Origin: an uncultured Oscillospiraceae bacterium
GTDB taxonomy: Bacteria; Bacillota; Clostridia; Christensenellales; Aristaeellaceae
DNA: 43,339 nt
Direction of reading: 5' to 3'
Assembly (NCBI GenBank): GCA_964449655.1
Contig: CAYUZP010000003.1
Location: 1 to 43,339 of the forward strand
Shown: piece after piece, positions 37,459 through 43,339 of the stretch
Layout: each line of letters begins with the position of its first letter
Position numbering within the stretch: position 1 is the stretch's first letter
The notes under the pieces: model-generated
Told to the model about the DNA's origin: nothing
The model's input: the letters and a program-made list of their open reading frames with translations, nothing else
Databases searched by the model: none
Translations under genes and position numbers: made by a program

Positions 37459-38892
37459 ATGGCGACGTATGAGATGGTGATCGGGCTGGAGGTACACGTC
37501 GAGCTGGCCACGAGGACGAAGATATTCTGCGGCTGCACCACGCGCTTTGGCGGCGAGCCGAACACGCACACCTGTCCCGTCTGTACGGGCATGCCGGGCA
37601 CGCTGCCGGTGATCAACAGGCGGGTGGTGGAGTTCGCGATTGCCGCGGGGCTGGCGACGAACTGCGAGATCACGAGACGCTGCAAGTTTGACCGCAAGAA
37701 TTACTTCTATCCCGATCTGCCCAAGGCGTACCAGGTCAGTCAGCTCTACCTGCCCATCTGCCGAGGCGGGCATGTGACGATACACACATCCGCGGGAGAC
37801 AAGGACGTGGGCATTCACGAGATCCACATGGAAGAGGACGCGGGCAAGCTGATGCACGATCCATGGCTTGACCAGACGATGGTGGACTACAACCGCTGCG
37901 GCGTGCCGCTGCTTGAGATCGTCTCCGAGCCGGACATGCGCTCGGCGGACGAGGTGATCGCGTATTTGACGCGCCTTAGGCAGACGCTGCAGTACCTGGG
38001 CGTATCGGACTGCCGGATGCAGGAGGGTTCTTTGCGCGCGGACGTCAATTTATCCGTGCGTCCTGTGGGCACGAAGGCGCTGGGCACGCGCACGGAGATG
38101 AAGAATCTCAACAGCTTTAAGGCGATAGCGCGCGCGATAGAGGGCGAGTTCCGCAGGCAGACGGAGCTGCTCGAGGACGGCAAGCGCGTAACGCAGCAGA
38201 CGCGTCGATGGGACGACAACAAGGGCGCGTCCTTTGCGATGCGTTCCAAGGAGAACGCGCAGGACTACCGCTACTTTCCGGAGCCGGATCTGCCGCCGAT
38301 GGAGATTTCGCAGGAATGGATCGACGCGATTGCCGCGCGTCAGCCGGAGTTACGGGAGCAGAAGCTCACGCGCTATCGCGAGGAATACGGCCTTTCGGCG
38401 TACGATGCGGACATCCTCACGCAGGAAAAGCCGATGGCCGATCTCTTTGAGGCGGCGACGGCGGCGTGCGGGAAACCCAAGGAGGTCGCGCACTGGCTGA
38501 TGGGCGAGACGCGCACGCTGATGAAGGAAAAGCAGGTGACAGCGGACGCGCTCAAGCTCTCGGCGGACGCGCTCTCGCAGATCGTGACGCTCGTATCGGG
38601 CGGCGAGGTGAGCAGGCAGAGCGCGCGAGAGGTGTTCGCCTACGCGTTTGACGGCGGCGAGGATATCGCGGGTTACGTGAGCGCGCACGGGCTGAAGGCG
38701 GCGCAGGACGATGCGGCATACGAGGAGAATATCGCGCGTGTATTGCGGGAGCACGGGGACGACGTTGCCGAGTATCAGATGGGCAATCTGAAGGTGCTCG
38801 GCCATCTCGTCGGGGAGGCGATGAAGTCGTTTGGCGGCAAGGCGGATCCGCGCAAGGTTCGAGAAGTGCTGCAGAGGATGCTGCAGTCATGA
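37459..38892 (+). CDS. gatB: Asp/Glu-tRNA amidotransferase subunit B
   Basis: MATYEMVIGLEVHVELATRTKIFCGC...CPVCTGMPGTLPV. The start lies 2 nt after the gatA stop. Confidence 0.95.
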   Translation: MATYEMVIGLEVHVELATRTKIFCGCTTRFGGEPNTHTCPVCTGMPGTLPVINRRVVEFAIAAGLATNCEITRRCKFDRKNYFYPDLPKAYQVSQLYLPICRGGHVTIHTSAGDKDVGIHEIHMEEDAGKLMHDPWLDQTMVDYNRCGVPLLEIVSEPDMRSADEVIAYLTRLRQTLQYLGVSDCRMQEGSLRADVNLSVRPVGTKALGTRTEMKNLNSFKAIARAIEGEFRRQTELLEDGKRVTQQTRRWDDNKGASFAMRSKENAQDYRYFPEPDLPPMEISQEWIDAIAARQPELREQKLTRYREEYGLSAYDADILTQEKPMADLFEAATAACGKPKEVAHWLMGETRTLMKEKQVTADALKLSADALSQIVTLVSGGEVSRQSAREVFAYAFDGGEDIAGYVSAHGLKAAQDDAAYEENIARVLREHGDDVAEYQMGNLKVLGHLVGEAMKSFGGKADPRKVREVLQRMLQS

Positions 38893-39003
38893 AGCGGGAG
38901 GGAATGGAAGAGCGCGTGGGGGGGCGGGCGGGGACGCGGAGCCGCGAGGGTTTGGCGCCCCTGCCCGGGAGAGCGCGAAATTCCGAAAATCACGAAAAAG
39001 GAG

Positions 39004-39032
39004 TTGACATTTCCCGCGAGTTCGTCTATAAT
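39004..39032 (+). promoter_or_regulatory. consensus SigA promoter of tRNA-Ala
   Basis: TTGACA (39004-39009), 17 nt, TATAAT (39027-39032), 19 nt before the tRNA 5' end. Confidence 0.7.
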
Positions 39033-39051
39033 AGATACTGTGACAGCGTTC

Positions 39052-39127
39052 GGGGCATTAGCGCAGTTGGTAGCGCGTTTGAATGGCATTCAAAAGGCCA
39101 GGGGTTCGACTCCCCTATGCTCCACCA
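39052..39127 (+). tRNA. tRNA-Ala (anticodon GGC), CCA encoded
   Basis: Hand-folded cloverleaf. Acceptor GGGGCAT/ATGCTCC with the G3:U70 Ala identity pair. D arm GCGCAGTTGGTAGCGC. Anticodon stem TTTGA/TCAAA with loop AT-GGC-AT. T arm AGGGG-TTCGACT-CCCCT. Discriminator A plus CCA. Confidence 0.9.
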
Positions 39128-39163
39128 AATCCTTGAAGCGATGGTTTCAGGGATTATTTTTTT
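39128..39163 (+). terminator. intrinsic terminator after tRNA-Ala
   Basis: 10-bp stem AATCCTTGAA / TTCAGGGATT (one G-U pair), 8-nt loop, then A-TTTTTTT. Confidence 0.75.
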
Positions 39164-39226
39164 GTCCATCCCGCGCCGCATGAAAAAAGCGGCGATTCCG
39201 TGAGGAACCACCGCGAACAGCCGCTC

Positions 39227-39997
39227 TTATGGCGCGTCCGGTGTGACAACGAGGAAGCACATGTCGTTGAGCTCGCCCTTGGCCTTGAACAGGTTGTAGA
39301 ACGAGAAGTTGTACAGGAAGCGCTCCGCGGAATAGACGCCGTAGCCGTCCTGGTTGTGATCGGTCGTATCATACGGATCGGCGACGATGAGCACGTCATC
39401 CTGCGTGGTCTCTGTGCCCATGTTGTCATAGCCTATGATGACCTGCCAGTGCCCGCCCCAGTCGTTCCAGCCGATCATGATCGGTTTGCCTTCAGCGAGC
39501 GTTTGTTGGATATAGTCAAATGTGAACACATCGCGCACTTCATCGCCCGCGTCATAGGCAGAATAGCAGGTAAAGCCGCCGAGCGCGTCGAACATGAAGA
39601 TCATCTGACTTAAGCTGGTCGCGCCAGGCTCCGCGCCCTGCGGCCGAAGTTCTGCCAGGGATTGCTCGTCATAGTCGCCGCGCAGCCCGTACCATTCCAG
39701 CGTCATCAGCGCCGCGGCCACACCGCAGCTCCATTCGCTTGACTGCTGTATCGTCTTGAAGTGGGGAAGCAGGGTCAGCGTGTCATTCGAGGTCATGTTG
39801 TAGAAATCGAGATGATTGAAATACGGGCTGTCGGGATGGTCGCCCAGCCGCTCGACGCTGTCCGCGCCGTCATCGGGGCTGAGGTCACACTGGTCGTCGA
39901 ATTTCATCGCGTCGACGGCGTCATCTTCCTCGGCGAATGCCGCGCACAGGCCGAAGGACATGCAAAGCGCGAGCAGCCATGCGAGCATCTTTTTCAT
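39227..39997 (-). CDS. secreted papain-fold cysteine peptidase, C39-like
   Basis: Signal peptide MKKMLAWLLALCMSFGLCAAFA/EE. Catalytic Cys context QQSSEWSCGVAAALMTLEWYG and His context WGGHWQVIIGYD, then ...VADPYD. Confidence 0.7.
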   Translation of the reverse strand: MKKMLAWLLALCMSFGLCAAFAEEDDAVDAMKFDDQCDLSPDDGADSVERLGDHPDSPYFNHLDFYNMTSNDTLTLLPHFKTIQQSSEWSCGVAAALMTLEWYGLRGDYDEQSLAELRPQGAEPGATSLSQMIFMFDALGGFTCYSAYDAGDEVRDVFTFDYIQQTLAEGKPIMIGWNDWGGHWQVIIGYDNMGTETTQDDVLIVADPYDTTDHNQDGYGVYSAERFLYNFSFYNLFKAKGELNDMCFLVVTPDAP

Positions 39998-40052
39998 CGT
40001 TGTTCACTCCTTTATGTTTGTTTCCCGCGCAGAAAAAAGCGCGGCAAAGCCT

Positions 40053-40080
40053 ATTATACCGTATTTTTTCCGATTTGCAA
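40053..40080 (-). promoter_or_regulatory. candidate promoter of the C39-like peptidase gene
   Basis: Minus strand: TTGCAA (40080-40075), 16-nt spacer, TATAAT (40058-40053). The leader contains the hairpin CCGCGC-TTTTTTCT-GCGCGG. Confidence 0.5.
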
Positions 40081-40126
40081 GGGGTACGTCAGGCCACAAA
40101 ACGGTTCAGCCGATGGGAGGGTGAAC

Positions 40127-40792
40127 ATGAACGAAAACGGTGCCTCCATGCGCGTCAAAGCGGTCCTGTGGGATCTGGATGGGACGCTGCTTGACACACT
40201 GGACGATCTGACGGCGAGCGTCAATTTCGCGTTGGCCGAAAACGGTCTGCCCGCAAGGACGCGCGAAGAGGTTCGGGGCTTTGTGGGCAACGGTGTGCGG
40301 CGGCTGATCGAGCGCGCGGCCAGCGGGAGCGACAAGATTCCGGCGGTATACGATGCGTTTGTTCGGCATTACAGCGCGCACAGCCGCGACGCCACGCGGC
40401 CCTATGACGGCGTGATCGAATTGCTGGACGCGCTGAACGCGCTCGGCGTGCGCCACGCGATCGTCTCCAACAAGCTTGAGTTCGCCTCGCTCGCGTTGAG
40501 CCGCGCGATTTTCGGCACGCGCATAGAGACGGTGGTCGGAGACGATCCCGCGCGCAGGAGGAAGCCGGAGCCGGACGGCGTGCTGGAGGCGATGCGGCGC
40601 ATGGGCGTGCGCGCGGAGGAGACCGCGTACGTCGGCGATTCAGAGGTGGACGTGCTGACGGCGCGCGGCGCGGGCGTCACGGGCGTCGCGGTCAGTTGGG
40701 GCTATCGCAGCGAGGAGGACTTGCGCGATGCCGGAGCCGAGATCATCTGCCGCAGCCCGCGGGAGCTGTTTTTTGTGCTGTGTGCGCTGTGA
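40127..40792 (+). CDS. HAD-superfamily hydrolase (phosphoglycolate-phosphatase-like)
   Basis: Motif I VLWDLDGTLLDT, motif II IVSNK, and motif III/IV K...YVGDSEVDV. GGGAGG RBS before ATG 40127. Confidence 0.85.
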   Translation: MNENGASMRVKAVLWDLDGTLLDTLDDLTASVNFALAENGLPARTREEVRGFVGNGVRRLIERAASGSDKIPAVYDAFVRHYSAHSRDATRPYDGVIELLDALNALGVRHAIVSNKLEFASLALSRAIFGTRIETVVGDDPARRRKPEPDGVLEAMRRMGVRAEETAYVGDSEVDVLTARGAGVTGVAVSWGYRSEEDLRDAGAEIICRSPRELFFVLCAL

Positions 40793-40827
40793 GACGCGGA
40801 CATGTTCTGCCCAGGCGTTTCCTTCCT

Positions 40828-40866
40828 CGCGGCTTTTTGCTCTGCGGTCCCCACCGCGCCCGCCCA
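40828..40866 (-). repeat. 39-nt repeat, copy 2 (inverted relative to 23835-23873)
   Basis: CGCGGCTTTTTGCTCTGCGGTCCCCACCGCGCCCGCCCA is the exact reverse complement of copy 1. Confidence 0.95.
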
Positions 40867-41056
40867 CAGGCTTTTGCGCTCTTTTCCGGCCCTGTAACCG
40901 CGCATTCGTCCCCGCCGTCCCTTGATTTTAAGTCATCGGCTCAGGCGATTTTGCGCTGCGTTTGGCGTCACAAAGGATATGAAAAAATCTGAATCAGTGG
41001 ACTTTTGCGGGCGTTTGTGGTAATATGGACGGCAAGGACAGGGGAGGGTTCGCGTC

Positions 41057-42436
41057 TTATTGGGCAGGCGCGGCATCGCCCTTGCGCGGCCTCTTTCTTC
41101 CCCAGCGCAGCACGAAATACGCCGTCTCCACGATACAGCAGGCCATCCAGCCTACCGGATAGCTGAAACCGACAAGACGCGGTGTGTTGCTGATAAAACG
41201 GGTGACGATGAACAGGTAGATTTGGCGCACGACGACGAAGTTGAGCAGCATGATGACCATCGGCCCGGCTGAATCGCCCCGTCCGCGCAGCGCGCCGGCC
41301 AACGTGTGGTTGACGCAGTTGAAGAGCATGAAGAATATATTCGTGTGCACAAAGAGCGCGCCAAACGCGATGACCTCGGGATCGGGCGAAAAGAGCGCCG
41401 TCGCGGGCTCGGCAAAGCGGAAAAGCAGGGCCGCGATGACCGCCGTGATCGATACGGTCAGCGCGATGGACTGCACAGTGCCGCGATTGACGCGGTCAAC
41501 CTTGCCCGCGCCGATATTCTGGCCCACGAACGTGGTCGCCGCGGAGGACATGCTCTGCATGGGCAGCATGATGAAAGAGTCCAGCTTGTTATAGCAGCTC
41601 CATCCCGCCATGCACGCGGAGCCAAAGCTGTTGATATACGACTGCACGAACACGTTGGAGAACGCCGTGAGCACGGACTGCACGCCCGCCGGAAGCCCGA
41701 TGGAGAAGATCTGCTTGAGGACGGAGCGGTCACAGCGCAGATCGCGCCAGCTCAGGCGGTAGACGTCCGTCGCGCGGGTCAGCAGCACGAGGATCAGCCC
41801 CGCGGAGATGAACTGCGCGATGATCGTCGCGTATGCCGCGCCCGCGATGCCCGCGTGAAAGACGACGACGAAGAGCAAATCAAGCGCCGCGTTGATGATG
41901 CTCGTGAATATGAGGAAGATCAGCGGGCGGCGCGTATCGCCGACGGCGCGCAGTATGCCGCTGCCCATGTTGTACACGAGCAGGCCCATGATGCCCGCAA
42001 AATAGATGCGCAGATAGACGGTCGCCGAGTCCATCACGTCCTCGGGCGTCGACATGAAGCGCAGCATGGGCCGCACCATCCCCATGCCGAGGATCGTGAA
42101 GAGCACGCCAAACACGAATGTGACGAACATCGTGGTCTCCACCGCGGTGTGCAGGCTCTTGTGATCCCGCGCGCCGTAGGTTCGGCTGATGACCACGCCC
42201 GCGCCCGTCGATACGCCGTTGAAGAAGAACACGAGCATGTTGACGATCATGGTCGTGGAACCGACGGCGGCCAACGCCTGCTTCCCGACGTAATTGCCGA
42301 CGACGAGCGAGTCTACCGTGTTGTACATCATCTGGAACAGATTCCCGATGATGAGCGGTATGGCGAACTGGATCAAATGCAGGCTGATGCTGCCGGTGGT
42401 CATGTCCCTGGTTGTGGTCTGTCGTTTAGCGGTCAT
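41057..42436 (-). CDS. MATE family efflux transporter
   Basis: 459 aa, 12 predicted helices. The N-terminal ...LIQFAIPLIIGNLFQMMYNTVDSLVVGNYVGKQALAAVG is typical of MATE/NorM-DinF proteins. ATG 42436 follows AGGAG. Confidence 0.9.
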   Translation of the reverse strand: MTAKRQTTTRDMTTGSISLHLIQFAIPLIIGNLFQMMYNTVDSLVVGNYVGKQALAAVGSTTMIVNMLVFFFNGVSTGAGVVISRTYGARDHKSLHTAVETTMFVTFVFGVLFTILGMGMVRPMLRFMSTPEDVMDSATVYLRIYFAGIMGLLVYNMGSGILRAVGDTRRPLIFLIFTSIINAALDLLFVVVFHAGIAGAAYATIIAQFISAGLILVLLTRATDVYRLSWRDLRCDRSVLKQIFSIGLPAGVQSVLTAFSNVFVQSYINSFGSACMAGWSCYNKLDSFIMLPMQSMSSAATTFVGQNIGAGKVDRVNRGTVQSIALTVSITAVIAALLFRFAEPATALFSPDPEVIAFGALFVHTNIFFMLFNCVNHTLAGALRGRGDSAGPMVIMLLNFVVVRQIYLFIVTRFISNTPRLVGFSYPVGWMACCIVETAYFVLRWGRKRPRKGDAAPAQ

Positions 42437-42546
42437 AGCGTATACTCCTGTATGTCGATGATTTATCGGTTTTAAACGATGCCGCAAAAAAGCTTCAACC
42501 CGCTTGAGGTGAAGCGTGTGCGATGTTATGCGAGGAGGTGAAACAG

Positions 42547-42966
42547 ATGGCTGACAATCGCGTCAAAGAATCGCTGTTTTCGCTGATCATAGAGGGCGAT
42601 TCGCTGCAGACGGAGGAGATCGAATCGGCGCTCGGGCTGAAGGCGACGCGCATCATTCGCAAGGGCGAGGTGCTCAACCGGCTGCCGATGATCAGCGCAC
42701 AGGCGGACGAGTGGACGTACACGGTCGTGCTGGATAGTCCGGAGGGCGTGGATACGCAGCTGAACCTGACGCTGGCACAGCTGATACTGCATCAGACGGA
42801 GCTCAAGCAGCTCGCCGAGCGATGCAAGGTGATGCTCAGGCTGTACGTGCAGAGCGACTACGCGCAGATGTCCTACATGCTGATGCCCGAAACGCTTCAG
42901 CGACTGGTGGCCGTGGGGCTGCCGCTTTACGTGTCCTCGGTGAGCTGGGGCGAGGTTCGCCTGTAA
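42547..42966 (+). CDS. small cytoplasmic protein, DUF4279-like (uncertain)
   Basis: 139 aa from ATG 42547 after GAGGAGG. The pattern FSLIIEGDSL..EEIESALGLKAT......G.........W.Y resembles DUF4279, by eye only. Confidence 0.5.
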   Translation: MADNRVKESLFSLIIEGDSLQTEEIESALGLKATRIIRKGEVLNRLPMISAQADEWTYTVVLDSPEGVDTQLNLTLAQLILHQTELKQLAERCKVMLRLYVQSDYAQMSYMLMPETLQRLVAVGLPLYVSSVSWGEVRL

Positions 42967-42972
42967 AAGGTG

Positions 42973-42998
42973 GGCGCGGTGATGAGCCGCGCCTTTTT
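42973..42998. terminator. bidirectional terminator between the DUF4279-like gene and the ABC exporter
   Basis: GGCGCGG-TGATGAG-CCGCGCC followed by TTTTT, with TAAAAGG upstream. Confidence 0.7.
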
Positions 42999-43004
42999 AT
43001 GCCG

Positions 43005-43339
43005 TCAAGCCGATTGCGAGGAGAAGTCGCCGGTGTAGAGCTGGTAATACTTGCCCTTCAGCGCGAGGAGCTCCTCGTGCGTGCCGCGCTCGATGATCCG
43101 TCCCTGCTCAAGCACCATGATGCAGTCGCTGTTGCGGACGGTCGAAAGCCTGTGCGCGATGACGAACGTCGTGCGCCCGCGCATCAAGGAGTCCATGCCG
43201 GCTTGCACGAGCGATTCCGTGCGCGTATCGATGGAGGACGTCGCCTCGTCCAATATGAGCACGGGCGGGTCCGCGACAGCGGCGCGCGCGATGGCGAGAA
43301 GCTGCCTTTGTCCCTGCGAGAGGTTCGCGCCGTCGCCGG
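43005..43339 (-). CDS. ABC exporter, fused permease/ATPase, C-terminal part only (5' end lies outside the window)
   Basis: The reverse translation reads ...[36 protein letters not shown]...[14 protein letters not shown] (ABC signature, Walker B, H-loop). The frame stays open to the window edge. Confidence 0.88.
   Translation of the reverse strand, partial: GDGANLSQGQRQLLAIARAAVADPPVLILDEATSSIDTRTESLVQAGMDSLMRGRTTFVIAHRLSTVRNSDCIMVLEQGRIIERGTHEELLALKGKYYQLYTGDFSSQSA

Noticed and set aside
38889-39203. 104-aa plus-strand ORF
   Set aside because: It reads through the tRNA-Ala promoter, the tRNA itself and its terminator.
39052-40126. Integrative element inserted at tRNA-Ala
   Set aside because: The following genes include no integrase, recombinase or excisionase. 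I saw no repeat of the tRNA 3' end downstream in the intergenic regions I could inspect. Composition is not visibly different from the rest of the window.
41306-42475. 389-aa plus-strand ORF
   Set aside because: It is antisense to the MATE transporter. Its composition is extremely Asp/Arg/His-rich and not protein-like.

Overview
This is a GC-rich chromosomal segment that looks Gram-positive (Clostridia-like): it has GGAGG-type ribosome-binding sites (RBS), near-consensus TTGACA-17-TATAAT promoters and a T-box leader. Most of it is housekeeping. In order, the window holds tig-clpP-clpX-lon-engB, then a seven-gene surface-polysaccharide locus (two GT2, two GT4, a Wzy/O-antigen-ligase-like protein, a small phosphoglycosyl transferase and a cytoplasmic six-hairpin-glycosidase-like protein). 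Next come a very large secreted GH2 glycosidase, tetR-putP, an Rrf2 regulator, an FtsB/DivIC-like protein and Ppx/GppA. These are followed by a PadR-led four-gene operon, a secreted acidic orphan protein, a nupOPQ-like ABC importer with no binding-protein gene, and recR-ybaB with a YbjN-like gene. The rest is a T-box(Asn)-controlled archaeal-type aspS-gatCAB operon, a stand-alone tRNA-Ala(GGC), a secreted C39-like cysteine peptidase, a HAD phosphatase, a MATE exporter, a DUF4279-like protein and the 3' end of an ABC exporter. I saw no CRISPR array, transposase, integrase, rRNA or recognisable defence system. The points most worth follow-up are the PadR / HAAS-DUF4097 / 2x DUF4342-like module, the Asn T-box on the transamidation operon, and a family of G-tract-rich elements lying sense-strand downstream of stop codons. 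That family includes a 39-nt perfect inverted pair 17 kb apart and a canonical G-quadruplex (G4) motif. The orphan secreted proteins are also worth a look. All functional calls rest on motifs read by eye from the translations, so no database search supports them. The many long antisense ORFs in the track are treated as GC-content artefacts.
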